Positions 1 to 9,200 of a stretch of DNA of 64,000 bases are shown one piece after another. The notes below the pieces were generated by a model. That model ran no database searches. It was not told the DNA's origin and worked only from the letters and a program-made list of their open reading frames with translations. The stretch spans positions 300,710 to 364,709 of the forward strand of contig LCIO01000001.1 of assembly GCA_001001115.1 (NCBI GenBank), given 5' to 3'. The position numbers and the translations under genes are program-made. Origin of the DNA: Candidatus Wolfebacteria bacterium GW2011_GWA1_44_24 (GTDB taxonomy: Bacteria > Patescibacteriota > Minisyncoccia > UBA6257 > UBA9933). How positions within the stretch are numbered: the first letter of the stretch is position 1; each line of letters begins with the position of its first letter.

Positions 1-1885
1 AATTTTTCAAAATTTTATTCATAAAAGTGTTCCAGATCGGCAAAGCGGCTAAAATACTGCCGGCGTTTTTTTGCATTGGTTCTTGGTGGTTGTTGCCGGC
101 CCAGACGCCGACGGCTAAAAACGGAGTGTAGCCGATGGTCCAGGCGTCGCGATAATCGTTGGTGGTGCCGGTTTTAAGAGCCACTTGATAATCGTCAAAG
201 ACCGTCAGATTAAAACTGTTTTGGTAAAGCGGCCGTCGGGCGTTTTCGTCGGACAGAACATCGTTAAGCAGCTGGACATAATGAGGTTCGACGGCTTGAG
301 TGGCTTGATCAGCCGTTGATTCAATCACATTTCCGGAAGAGTCTTCTATCTTGAGAATTATTTTTTGATTATGTTTAACTCCTTCGGCGGCAAAAGCCGC
401 GTAAGCATTAACCATATCGATTAATTTTACTTCTCCGCCGCCTAAAACCAAGGAAAGCCCGTAACGGGACGGGTCAATAAGGGTGGTGATTCCCAAATCT
501 TTGGCGGTTGAAATAGTATTTTCCAGCCCGGCCAAATAAAGGATTTTAACCGCCGGAATGTTAATCGACTGCGCCAAGGCGTTTCTAAGGGTTATCGGCC
601 CCTTGAATTTTTGGTCAAAATTTTCAGGATGATAGCAGTCTTTTGAGTCGTTTAAAAAATTAACAATTTCCGGACAATCGGGATTATTCGGGACAAATTC
701 CGTCGCTAAGTCAAAAACAATAGTTTCCGGCGAATAGCCTTTTTTAAAGACCGTTAAATAAGCAAAGGGCTTGAAAGCCGAGCCGGGCTGGCGCAGTCCT
801 TGGGCCGCTACATTAAAATTGCCTTCGTTTTTTGAGTCGAAATAATCTTTTGAGCCGATTAAGGCCAGAATTTCGCCGGTTTTCGGATTTTGAGCGACTA
901 AGGCCGCGTTTTTTCCCTGATACAATTTTTCATTGCGTTCCGCGCCTTCTTTGACAACATTCTCGGCGATTTGCTGCATATTCCAATCAAGGGCGGTGGT
1001 AATTTTTAAGCCGTTATTTTTTAGAAAATCTTCGCCATATTTGTCTATCAAATAATCGCGGACCATCATTACGAAGTGAGGAGCCTTGATGGTTCCCAAA
1101 TTTTGTTCGGCGAACTTGAGGGTAAAATTTTTAGCCCGTTCCAATTCTTCTTTGTCGATAAAACCAAGATTGAACATTTGTTCCAAAACATAATTTTTCC
1201 GCTGTTCTAATTCCTGGACATGGGCTCCCCAGGGCGAATAATAAGTCGGCGCTTTGGGAAGGCTGGCCAAAAGCGCGGCTTCAGCCAAAGACAAATCTTT
1301 GGCCGATTTATTAAAATAAACCTGAGAAGCCGCCTCGATGCCGTAAGCGTTCGAGCCGTAAGGGATTTGGTTAAGGTAAAGTTCCAGAATTTCATCTTTG
1401 GAATATCTTTTTTCTATCCAAGAAGACAAAATCAACTCTTTGATTTTTCTTTCAAAAGTGCGCGCCGGACCAAGAAAAGCGTTTTTAGCCAATTGTTGGG
1501 TGATGGTTGAACCCCCCTGGACTACTCGGCCTTTCATTATGTTGACTAAAAAAGCGCGAGTTATCGCCCGCCAGTCAAAAGCCGAATGGCCGTAGAAATT
1601 CTGGTCTTCTATGGCAATCGTCGATTTTTTTGCGTAATCGGGAATCTGGTCAAAAGGAATAATTGTTCTTTTTTCTTGGCCGTAGATTTCATAAAGTAAA
1701 ACTTGGCCCGTGCGGTCGTAAATTTTGCTTGATTGGGCGATTTGGTGGCTTGAAATAAATTGTTTTGGATCGGGCAGTTCTCTGGCAATTTGCGACAATT
1801 TTGCCAATAAAAAAAGCGTTGCTAAAAAAAATATTAAAAGCAAAATGCCAAATATTTTTAACCACCGTCGTTTATTTTGAACCAT
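1..1885 (-). CDS. Class A penicillin-binding protein (PBP1A family transglycosylase/transpeptidase), runs off window start
   Basis: Manual translation from ATG at 1885: N-terminal TM; EDQNFY, QGGSTITQQLAKN, RKIKE, YLNQIPYG transglycosylase motifs; RQPGSAFKPF (SxxK), SIN and KTGT transpeptidase motifs. Absent from the ORF track because its stop lies outside the window. Confidence 0.95.
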   Translation of the reverse strand, partial: MVQNKRRWLKIFGILLLIFFLATLFLLAKLSQIARELPDPKQFISSHQIAQSSKIYDRTGQVLLYEIYGQEKRTIIPFDQIPDYAKKSTIAIEDQNFYGHSAFDWRAITRAFLVNIMKGRVVQGGSTITQQLAKNAFLGPARTFERKIKELILSSWIEKRYSKDEILELYLNQIPYGSNAYGIEAASQVYFNKSAKDLSLAEAALLASLPKAPTYYSPWGAHVQELEQRKNYVLEQMFNLGFIDKEELERAKNFTLKFAEQNLGTIKAPHFVMMVRDYLIDKYGEDFLKNNGLKITTALDWNMQQIAENVVKEGAERNEKLYQGKNAALVAQNPKTGEILALIGSKDYFDSKNEGNFNVAAQGLRQPGSAFKPFAYLTVFKKGYSPETIVFDLATEFVPNNPDCPEIVNFLNDSKDCYHPENFDQKFKGPITLRNALAQSINIPAVKILYLAGLENTISTAKDLGITTLIDPSRYGLSLVLGGGEVKLIDMVNAYAAFAAEGVKHNQKIILKIEDSSGNVIESTADQATQAVEPHYVQLLNDVLSDENARRPLYQNSFNLTVFDDYQVALKTGTTNDYRDAWTIGYTPFLAVGVWAGNNHQEPMQKNAGSILAALPIWNTFMNKILKN

Positions 1886-1927
1886 AGCCGTTAAGATAAA
1901 AAATTATAACGCAAAATTTGCGATAAT

Positions 1928-1960
1928 AAAAATAGCCCCCGCTTAGCGGAGGCTATTTTT
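1928..1960. terminator. Intrinsic terminator hairpin downstream of ruvC and the small ORF
   Basis: AAAAATAGCC...GGCTATTTTT stem with inner CCGCTTAGCGG. Confidence 0.7.
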
Positions 1961-1961
1961 A

Positions 1962-2150
1962 TTATTTCTCCAACTCTTCTTCGTCAAGAGACAACTCGTC
2001 CGTTTCTTTTTCCTCTTCTTCCGGCGAATTGCAATCGGGACAGGAACCGCTTTTCATGTCCGCTCCGCATTCTTCGCAAACTTCTTTCTTTCCTCCCGCA
2101 TCTGAATCTTCGTCATTAAGCTTGACGGTTTTTAATTCGGAAACAGTCAT
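1962..2150 (-). CDS. Small acidic zinc-ribbon protein
   Basis: CEEC...CPDC plus poly-Glu tail; starts 4 nt after the ruvC stop. Confidence 0.65.
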   Translation of the reverse strand: MTVSELKTVKLNDEDSDAGGKKEVCEECGADMKSGSCPDCNSPEEEEKETDELSLDEEELEK

Positions 2151-2154
2151 TTTC

Positions 2155-2643
2155 TTAAATTAAATTAACGACCTTTGTACGTAAATGATTCGCGGCGCAA
2201 ATGGCGGTGGCCAAAGCGTCCGTGACATCATCGGGTTTGTCAATTTTATCGATTTTCAAAATTTTGGAAACCATTTTACCGACGGATTTTTTGTCGGCCA
2301 GGCCGTAGCCCGTTGCCGCCACCTTTATTTCCGACGGCGAAAATTCCAATACGGGTATTTTGCTTTGGAGAGAAATCAATGTCAAGACCCCCCGGGTTTG
2401 GGCCACCTCCAAGGCGGTTTTCATATTTTTCATAAAAAAAAGCTTTTCTATGGAGATTAAGTCGGGCCTTCGGATTTTAAGCAGCCGGGAAAAAGATTCG
2501 GCGGCTTCAATCAGCCGTTGTCCTTTGTCTTGGCTTTTTATTTTCAAAAGACCGCATTTAATCAGCTTTAAGTTGCCTTTGTTTTTTTCTATTAAACCGA
2601 AACCGATGCGGGTTGAGCCGGGGTCAATGCCAAGAATCAGCAT
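2155..2643 (-). CDS. ruvC: Holliday junction resolvase RuvC
   Basis: ILGIDPG, IEKLFF, GYGLADKK, DDVTDALA motifs. Confidence 0.97.
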   Translation of the reverse strand: MLILGIDPGSTRIGFGLIEKNKGNLKLIKCGLLKIKSQDKGQRLIEAAESFSRLLKIRRPDLISIEKLFFMKNMKTALEVAQTRGVLTLISLQSKIPVLEFSPSEIKVAATGYGLADKKSVGKMVSKILKIDKIDKPDDVTDALATAICAANHLRTKVVNLI

Positions 2644-2656
2644 TTTTATAGCTTAT

Positions 2657-2695
2657 AAAAAAACCCCGCGATTCGCAACAGCGCGAATAGCGGGG
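2657..2695 (-). terminator. Intrinsic terminator of the lipoprotein cassette
   Basis: CCCCGC/GCGGGG stem followed by a U7 tract on the minus strand. Confidence 0.7.
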
Positions 2696-2720
2696 CAAAG
2701 AGAAAGCGGTTTTATGGATT

Positions 2721-3338
2721 TTAGTAGCCACTCTCGTAAATGTGGAAAATTTGGGCTTCGCCTTCGGGATGGACATAGACGGTGAATTCTTGATTTACCG
2801 TCCAGATGCCGTGAACAGCAGTCGGCTTTTCTATAGCCACCCTTACCAGGTGCTCGCCGACGCCCAAATGAAGGTCAGATGTCGCGCCGTACGGTTCAAG
2901 GATAATTGGCTGCTTGCCTTTATCAATCCAGATTCTTACCTTTCGGTAAGAATCGTTTTTGAAGATTACCAGCGACGGGTCGTCAAACGACGAATCGTAA
3001 ACGGTCTGGTAATCTGCTAAAGGCGGCGGGCCCGGCAACGGCATTGTTCCTGGCGACAGGGCCGGCGGTTTTGCCCGGTAATCGTATTTGTACACGATTA
3101 CCTGCGGCGCTTGCCCGCCGTAATTTCCCCATTCGTCGAAACCGAGAACCGGAATTTTCCAAACAGTGATTCCGGCGCCGGTTTCCGCGTGGACTGGTTC
3201 TTTGGCGGTTTGCCGTAAACCGGCGCAACCGGACATCATCAGGAGCGTCATCAGCAACAATAAACCCGTTAGGAACAACATTAACTTTGCAGGGGCATCG
3301 AATTCGATCTTCATTCTTTTCACCTCCTTCTCAGCCAT
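2721..3338 (-). CDS. Hypothetical lipoprotein with predicted beta-rich C-terminal domain
   Basis: Hydrophobic stretch ending MSGC (lipobox-like); SD AAGGAGGTGA precedes the second Met (MKIEF), the likely start. Confidence 0.7.
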   Translation of the reverse strand: MAEKEVKRMKIEFDAPAKLMLFLTGLLLLMTLLMMSGCAGLRQTAKEPVHAETGAGITVWKIPVLGFDEWGNYGGQAPQVIVYKYDYRAKPPALSPGTMPLPGPPPLADYQTVYDSSFDDPSLVIFKNDSYRKVRIWIDKGKQPIILEPYGATSDLHLGVGEHLVRVAIEKPTAVHGIWTVNQEFTVYVHPEGEAQIFHIYESGY

Positions 3339-3877
3339 TCTACCGCGTCTTCCATTATGCCCGTGCCACGGATGTCAATCAGCGGCGACTGGTAATGGTT
3401 TTGAGGAATATCTCCGGTGTAAATGCGGAGAATCCAGCCCCAGTGGCGTTTAGTGTATTCGTAGTCGTAGTAATCGGTCGGATTCCTGTTGACGGAAATC
3501 CAATTTGACGGTCTTGGGAGTTCTGCCAAATTTCTTACTTGAGGGTAGAATTGAGAGGGGTAGTAAAAAGGGAGAATTTCTATTCGATATTCTCCGTACT
3601 CCAGTTTGTGTTTATATCCCCTCACTTTGGTTCTTCCGTTGTAAACCAAAGAAGGATTTGCGCCCTTTTCGTTCCAACTCTCAATCAATCGGTCGGCTTG
3701 GTCGTAAAAATCGATTTTCGCCGCCGCGCTGCCCTCGATGATGATTATTCCCAGTCGAGGGTCGGCGTTAAATGCCGGCATCATTTCGCCTTCGTCGCGC
3801 GGCTGAGTAGCGGCGCAGCTACTCATAAACAACAGGAGACCCCCCAAAATCAGAACCTCTAAAAGTATCCTTTTCAT
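3320..3877 (-). CDS. Hypothetical lipoprotein
   Basis: MKR + hydrophobic + MSSC lipobox-like; SD AAGGAGG upstream. Confidence 0.75.
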   Translation of the reverse strand: MKRILLEVLILGGLLLFMSSCAATQPRDEGEMMPAFNADPRLGIIIIEGSAAAKIDFYDQADRLIESWNEKGANPSLVYNGRTKVRGYKHKLEYGEYRIEILPFYYPSQFYPQVRNLAELPRPSNWISVNRNPTDYYDYEYTKRHWGWILRIYTGDIPQNHYQSPLIDIRGTGIMEDAVEWLRRR

Positions 3878-3932
3878 TTTTATCGCCTCCTTTTTAGATT
3901 TATCGGTAATTTATGTCAAAGAATCTAATTAA

Positions 3933-3961
3933 ATTATATTAAATTCTCACAATTTTGTCAA
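3933..3961 (-). promoter_or_regulatory. Consensus sigma70 promoter of the lipoprotein cassette
   Basis: TTGACA-17nt-TATAAT on the minus strand. Confidence 0.8.
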
Positions 3962-4004
3962 TCCCGGGGTTGTTTTTCTCGGCGATTTTGCTATGATGCT
4001 GGCT

Positions 4005-4139
4005 ATGTCAATAACTTATCAGCCGAAAAAGCGAAAAAGGAGAAGAACACACGGATTTCTGAAACGGAGCCGGACAACGGCCGGCCGAAAGGTTTTGGCA
4101 AAAAGAAGAAGAAAGGGGAGGAAAAGAATTACGGTTTAA
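4005..4139 (+). CDS. rpmH: 50S ribosomal protein L34
   Basis: Manual translation [44 protein letters not shown]; precedes rnpA. Confidence 0.97.
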   Translation: MSITYQPKKRKRRRTHGFLKRSRTTAGRKVLAKRRRKGRKRITV

Positions 4140-4142
4140 TTT

Positions 4143-4472
4143 GTGTTAGCCAAAAAATTTCGTTTGCCAATTCAGAATTGGTTTAAAGAAAAGAAGGGGG
4201 CGATTGTTCGCAAAAGCGATTTTTTTGCCGTAAAGACAAGGGAAAGCAATTTGCCTTTCAGCCGCTACGGCGTTGTTGTCAGCCGGAAAGTTTCCGGATT
4301 TGCGGTTCGGCGCAACAAAATCAAAAGAATAATTTTTAATTTTATCCGGCTGGAAAAACTTCAAGAGACTTCAGGCAGAGACGTTTTAATAATTGTTTCG
4401 CCTTTGGCCTCTAAATTAACAAAACAAAAAATCGAAACCGAACTGAAATCGTTGCTAACCGCTAATCGCTAA
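4143..4472 (+). CDS. rnpA: RNase P protein component
   Basis: RYGVVVSRKV..AVRRNKIKR (RNR motif); synteny. Confidence 0.95.
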   Translation: MLAKKFRLPIQNWFKEKKGAIVRKSDFFAVKTRESNLPFSRYGVVVSRKVSGFAVRRNKIKRIIFNFIRLEKLQETSGRDVLIIVSPLASKLTKQKIETELKSLLTANR

Positions 4473-4474
4473 AA
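4454..4474 (+). repeat. Degenerate heptamer repeat x3 at the rnpA 3' end
   Basis: GCTAACC GCTAATC GCTAAAA. Confidence 0.55.
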
Positions 4475-4477
4475 TAT

Positions 4478-5227
4478 ATGGCCGTTTTTTTCAAAACAAT
4501 TTTATATCAGCCGATTTTCAACGCCCTGGTGTTTTTATATAATTATTTGCCCGGCCAGGATTTAGGCCTGGCCATTATTGCTTTAACGTTTTTGATACGG
4601 TTGGTTTTGCTTCCTTTGTTTTATAAAAGCGCCAAAGACCAGACAATAATGCAGAAACTGGCGCCGAAAATAAAAGCCATCCAGGAAAGCCATAAAGACG
4701 ATAAACAAAAACAAACTTTGGCTTTGCTCGAGCTTTATCGTGAGCACAAAGTCAATCCGTTTTCTCAATTTCTGCTGCTTTTTATTCAATTGCCGATTTT
4801 AATCGCCTTATACCGCGTTTTTTGGCAGGGGATAACCGAGCAAACATTGGCTAACCTGTATTCTTTTGTTTCCAAGCCGGAAATTTTGAGCCATCAGTTT
4901 TTGAGGTTGATTGATTTAGGCAGCCGCAGTTGGATAATCGTCGGTTTGGCGGTTGTCGCCCAATATTTTCAGGGCCGACTTTCTTTGGCAAAAACCGATA
5001 AATTAGCCAAAGATTTAACGGCTATGGAAAGAATGAGCCGGCAGATGGTTTTTGTCGGTCCGCTTATGACAATTTTATTTTTGAGTTATTTGCCGGCCGC
5101 GGTCGGCTTATACTGGTTGACAACCTCGGTTTTTTCAATTATTCAACAGATTATCATTAATAAAAAATTGACAGTCAGCGATGACGCTTTGATTGCCATA
5201 GATAAAAAATTGCACCACCAACAATAA
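4478..5227 (+). CDS. yidC: Membrane protein insertase YidC (short form)
   Basis: GLAIIALTFLIRLVLLP, QLPILIALY, LPAAVGLYW motifs. Confidence 0.95.
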   Translation: MAVFFKTILYQPIFNALVFLYNYLPGQDLGLAIIALTFLIRLVLLPLFYKSAKDQTIMQKLAPKIKAIQESHKDDKQKQTLALLELYREHKVNPFSQFLLLFIQLPILIALYRVFWQGITEQTLANLYSFVSKPEILSHQFLRLIDLGSRSWIIVGLAVVAQYFQGRLSLAKTDKLAKDLTAMERMSRQMVFVGPLMTILFLSYLPAAVGLYWLTTSVFSIIQQIIINKKLTVSDDALIAIDKKLHHQQ

Positions 5228-5231
5228 ATTT

Positions 5232-5663
5232 ATGGATAAAATTCAAGAAATTTTAAAAGAAATGATTGAATCGATGGGATTTGAGGATTTTTCCATTAAT
5301 TATGACGCCGAAAAAAGGCGGTTGGCGGCGTTTGTCAACGACGACATTGTCTCGGAAACAATCTTGCCGACCCTTGTCAACAACCTGGATTATTTAATGA
5401 AGCTCGTTGTTCAAAAAAATAATTTGGAGCCGGTTTTTATCGACATCAATAATTATCGCAAAAAGCGGGAGGGTTTGATTTTGGAAATCGCCAAAGCCAC
5501 GGCTCGGAAAGCAACGGCCGAAAAACGAGAAATAGAGCTTCCGGCAATGAACGCTTACGAACGCCGCTTGGCGCATATGGAGCTGTCTTCCCATCCCGAC
5601 GTTAAGACCGAAAGCATCGGCGAAGGCAAAGAAAGGCGCATAATCATCAAGCCGATACTTTAA
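5232..5663 (+). CDS. Jag/KhpB-like R3H RNA-binding protein (short)
   Basis: PAMNAYERRLAH R3H motif, TESIGEG; follows yidC. Confidence 0.85.
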   Translation: MDKIQEILKEMIESMGFEDFSINYDAEKRRLAAFVNDDIVSETILPTLVNNLDYLMKLVVQKNNLEPVFIDINNYRKKREGLILEIAKATARKATAEKREIELPAMNAYERRLAHMELSSHPDVKTESIGEGKERRIIIKPIL

Positions 5664-6544
5664 AGCCGCTTTATCATGCTTTGAAAGCCCAGCGTTTCGA
5701 AATAAGCGGTTAATTTTTCTTTGGGCAGGCCTTGGTATTTTAAATCCTCCAAATTGATTTCAAGCGGAGCGTCGCGCCGGATTTCTCCTAAATGTTTTGA
5801 GAGCAGGGCTTGTTCTTTTAATTCGGAAATTTTTTGATAAGATTTTTCTTTTTGCCCTTGTTCCAAAAAATTTTCCAGCGAACCGTATTTTTGAATGAGC
5901 GGCGTCGCGGTTTTCGGGCCGATGCCCGGCACTCCCAAAATGTTGTCCGAGGCGTCGCCGACCAAACCCTTGTAATCGGGGATTTGTTTCGGCGCCAAAC
6001 CGTAGCGTTCTTTAACGCCCTCTTCGTTGTAAATTGCGGTTTCACTGACGCCTTTTTTGATGGTTTCCACCACCACTTTGTCGTTTTCCACCAATTGGAG
6101 AGCGTCCAAGTCGCCGGTTAAAATAATAATTTTAATTTCCGGCAGATTTTTGAATTTTTCCGCCGCGGCGCCGATTAAATCATCGGCTTCAAAACCGGGA
6201 GTTTCAAATGTTTTGATATTAAAGTTTTCCAGCAATTTGCGGGCTTCGATAATTTGGGAAACCAATTCATCCGGCGCTTTGGGCCGGTGAATTTTATATT
6301 CCTTAAAAATTTCTTTTCTGAAGGTTGGTTCCGGCCGGTCGAAAAAGCCGGTGACATAATCCGGCACGCGGCTGTTAATTCCTTCAGCGCCCGTTTTTTT
6401 ATCTGGATGCAGAATTCTAATCAGAATGCTGGCCAAGCCGTAAAGCGCGCCGCTGGGCCGACCGTCTTTGGTGGTAAAAGGCGGCAAAGCGTGAAAGCAT
6501 CGGTGGACTAAGGCATTGGCGTCGATGAGTAAAAGAGTTTTCAT
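5660..6544 (-). CDS. Stand-alone 5'-3' exonuclease (PolA N-terminal/FEN-like)
   Basis: LLIDANALVHR, GFEADD, TGDLD, GDASDNILGVPGIGPKTA; likely start ATG 6544. Confidence 0.92.
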   Translation of the reverse strand: MKTLLLIDANALVHRCFHALPPFTTKDGRPSGALYGLASILIRILHPDKKTGAEGINSRVPDYVTGFFDRPEPTFRKEIFKEYKIHRPKAPDELVSQIIEARKLLENFNIKTFETPGFEADDLIGAAAEKFKNLPEIKIIILTGDLDALQLVENDKVVVETIKKGVSETAIYNEEGVKERYGLAPKQIPDYKGLVGDASDNILGVPGIGPKTATPLIQKYGSLENFLEQGQKEKSYQKISELKEQALLSKHLGEIRRDAPLEINLEDLKYQGLPKEKLTAYFETLGFQSMIKRL

Positions 6545-6577
6545 TGATATTATTATACCATGTCTTACAATTAGCAC

Positions 6578-6997
6578 GTGTGGATGATTTACGCTTTTCT
6601 TTCGGCTTTAAGCGCCGCGCTAGTGGCGATTTTTGCCAAACTGGGTCTTGATCGAGTTGAGCCGATTTTGGCGACCACTGTCCGTTCGCTTATCATGAGC
6701 GGATTTTTAGTTATCGTCAGTTTGCTTTTAAAAAAATTCCAAGGATTCTCCTTAAATTCATTCAGTTCTCGCGACTGGCTTTTGATTTTTTTAGCCGGAA
6801 TCTCAGGCGCCCTTTCCTGGCTTTTTTATTTTTTTGCCTTAAAATTAGGCTTGGCTTCAAAGGTGGCGGCTGTTGACCGCTTAAGCATAATTTTCGTGAT
6901 TGGCTTAGCCGCCTTGTTTTTAGGAGAAGCAATTGGCTGGAAAATAGCCGTTGGAGCGTTTTTGATGGCTCTGGGCGCGGTTTTAATCACTTTATAA
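6578..6997 (+). CDS. EamA/DMT family small transporter
   Basis: AIFAKLGL, SWLFYFFAL, VDRLS, LFLGE; five hydrophobic segments. Confidence 0.88.
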   Translation: MWMIYAFLSALSAALVAIFAKLGLDRVEPILATTVRSLIMSGFLVIVSLLLKKFQGFSLNSFSSRDWLLIFLAGISGALSWLFYFFALKLGLASKVAAVDRLSIIFVIGLAALFLGEAIGWKIAVGAFLMALGAVLITL

Positions 6998-7016
6998 ATT
7001 TATTATTATTAAAATA

Positions 7017-7724
7017 ATGGACCAAAACGATAAAAACAACAATTATCTTTTGCCGATTAGCATCATTGTCGCGGCGCTTTTGATCGCCGGCGCTTGGATT
7101 TATACGGCCGGCCTGAAAAATGTCGGCAACGGGAAAACACCCGAGAAGCCGGCTGAAACTTCTCTTAATATCGAAAATGTCGCAGCTGTTAATTCAAACG
7201 ACCATATTCGCGGCAATCTTGAGGCTGAAGTGAAAATCGTGGAATTTTCCGATTTGGAATGCCCGTTTTGCAAATCTTTCCATTCAACGATGAAACAAGT
7301 AATGGAAGGATACGGCGATAAAGTGGCTTGGATATATCGCCATTATCCAATAGACCAACTTCATCCGAAAGCCAGAACTTCGGCTGTCGCTTCCGAGTGC
7401 GCGGCGGAATTGGGCGGCAACGAAAAATTCTGGGCTTATGTTGACCGTTATTTTGAGATTACGCCTTCCAATAATCAAATTGACCTCGCTGAACTTCCGC
7501 AAATCGCCCAGGACATTGGTTTAAACCGCGTTCAATTTGAGAATTGTCTTAACAGTGGCCGACATCAACAGTTAATTGAAGAGCAGATTCAAGACGCTCT
7601 TAATTCCGGCGCCCGCGGCACGCCTTACAGCATTGTTATTTCCAAAGACGGTAAAAAATATCCGATTTCCGGCGCTTATTCTTTTAATGACGTGAATCTT
7701 ATTATCAACGAGGCGCTGAAATGA
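7017..7724 (+). CDS. DsbA-family thioredoxin-fold protein
   Basis: N-terminal TM, EFSDLECPFC, GARGTP. Confidence 0.92.
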   Translation: MDQNDKNNNYLLPISIIVAALLIAGAWIYTAGLKNVGNGKTPEKPAETSLNIENVAAVNSNDHIRGNLEAEVKIVEFSDLECPFCKSFHSTMKQVMEGYGDKVAWIYRHYPIDQLHPKARTSAVASECAAELGGNEKFWAYVDRYFEITPSNNQIDLAELPQIAQDIGLNRVQFENCLNSGRHQQLIEEQIQDALNSGARGTPYSIVISKDGKKYPISGAYSFNDVNLIINEALK

Positions 7725-8992
7725 AACTCGGTGGCCTTGAAAAAACCGACCGCAAACTTCACCGCTTTGTTGCGGCGGAAATTAAAAGGCAAAACGAAAC
7801 AATTGATTTAATCGCTTCGGAAAATTTTGTCAGCCCGGAGATTCTGGAAGTCTTGGGCTCGCCTTTAACGAATAAATATTCCGAGGGCTATCCCGGGAAA
7901 AGATATTATCCGGGGAATTTTTATTGCGATGAAATTGAAAAATTAGCTCAAGAGCGGGCGTTGAAGGTTTTTGGATTATCTCCCAAGAAATGGGGCGTCA
8001 ATGTCCAGCCATATTCCGGTTCGCCGGCAAATTTGGCGATTTATCTGGCTTTAATGAATCCCGGCGATATTTTAATGGGGATGAAGTTGGCCAGCGGCGG
8101 CCATTTAACCCACGGTCACAAAGCCAGTTTTTCCGGAAAATTATTTAAAGCGGTTCAGTATAGCGTTGATGAAAAGACCGGATTGATAAATTATAAGGAA
8201 GTTAAAAAGCTGGCAAAAAAACATAGGCCAAAAATAATTGTTTCCGGTTATTCCGCTTATCCGCGAAAAATTGATTTTAAGCGGTTTGGCGCGATTGCCA
8301 AAAAAGTCGGCGCTTGCCATTTGGCGGATATTTCCCATGTCGCCGGATTAGTTGTTGCCGGACTTCATCCGTCTCCTTTCCTTTATGCCGATATTGTCAT
8401 GACTACCACTCATAAAACTTTGCGGGGTCCGAGAGCGGCGGTTATTTTTTCAAAGTCAAATGTTAAATGTCAGATGTCGAATGTTTCAATCAGCGAAGCG
8501 ATTGACAAAGCGGTTTTTCCGGGCATGCAGGGCGGACCGCATAATAATGTCATTGCCGCGATTGCTTTGGCTTTCAATGAAGCGTTAAAGCCGGCTTTCA
8601 AAAAATATCAAAAACAAATTATAAAAAACGCCAAGGAGTTGGCGAGCGTTTTAAAAAATTACGGCTTTGATTTGGTAACTGGCGGTACGGACAATCATTT
8701 AGTTTTAATTAATCTTAAAAATATCGGGCTGAACGGCTTGGATGCGGAAAAGATATTGGAATCAGCCGGCATTATCGTCAACCGCAATTCAATTAGCGGC
8801 GATGTTTTGCCTTTCAAGCCGTCGGGAATTCGTTTGGGAACAGCGGCAATCGCCAGCCGCGGATTTAAAGAGAAAGAAATAAGGCAAATCGCCCGATGGA
8901 TTTACCGGCTGTTGATTGAAAAAGAGAAACCAGTCATAATAAGAAAAGAAGTCATTAAGTTGACAAAATATAAAAAGTATGCTATATATTGA
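7721..8992 (+). CDS. glyA: Serine hydroxymethyltransferase
   Basis: LIASENF, NKYSEGYPGKRYY, GGHLTHG, TTTHKTLRGPR. Confidence 0.98.
   Translation: MKLGGLEKTDRKLHRFVAAEIKRQNETIDLIASENFVSPEILEVLGSPLTNKYSEGYPGKRYYPGNFYCDEIEKLAQERALKVFGLSPKKWGVNVQPYSGSPANLAIYLALMNPGDILMGMKLASGGHLTHGHKASFSGKLFKAVQYSVDEKTGLINYKEVKKLAKKHRPKIIVSGYSAYPRKIDFKRFGAIAKKVGACHLADISHVAGLVVAGLHPSPFLYADIVMTTTHKTLRGPRAAVIFSKSNVKCQMSNVSISEAIDKAVFPGMQGGPHNNVIAAIALAFNEALKPAFKKYQKQIIKNAKELASVLKNYGFDLVTGGTDNHLVLINLKNIGLNGLDAEKILESAGIIVNRNSISGDVLPFKPSGIRLGTAAIASRGFKEKEIRQIARWIYRLLIEKEKPVIIRKEVIKLTKYKKYAIY
8456..8483 (+). repeat. Heptamer repeat x4 inside glyA
   Basis: TCAAATG TTAAATG TCAGATG TCGAATG, encoding SNVKCQMSNV. Confidence 0.8.
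8960..8988 (+). promoter_or_regulatory. Sigma70 promoter within the glyA 3' end, driving the downstream cassette
   Basis: TTGACA-17nt-TATATA with extended -10 TG. Confidence 0.65.
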
Positions 8993-9003
8993 ATAATTGT
9001 TTC

Positions 9004-9015
9004 AGCTCTTTAACT
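9004..9015 (+). promoter_or_regulatory. boxA-like element
   Basis: AGCTCTTTAACT, 10/12 match to rrn boxA TGCTCTTTAACA. Confidence 0.45.
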
Positions 9016-9050
9016 TTGTAATAAGCGCGACGACGCGACAAGGAGGACGC

Positions 9051-9200
9051 GTGAAAGTAATCAGCATAATCTTCTTTTTCTTGTTTCTGGTCTTTTGGGC
9101 GTTTACAAAGATAATTTTTCCGATGAACTGGGAAATAGACGAAATGACCCGTTGTGGGAGAAAGATCTTGGAAAAATCAAAAAAGCAAAAAGGAGGATAA
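9051..9200 (+). CDS. Small membrane protein
   Basis: SD AAGGAGG then GTG 9051; one hydrophobic segment. Confidence 0.6.
   Translation: MKVISIIFFFLFLVFWAFTKIIFPMNWEIDEMTRCGRKILEKSKKQKGG

Noticed and set aside
3880..4004. Possible oriC next to rpmH
   Set aside because: No dnaA and no cluster of TTATCCACA boxes seen.
5660..6544. Pseudogene of polA
   Set aside because: Intact catalytic motifs and a clean stop; stand-alone 5'-3' exonucleases are a known class.
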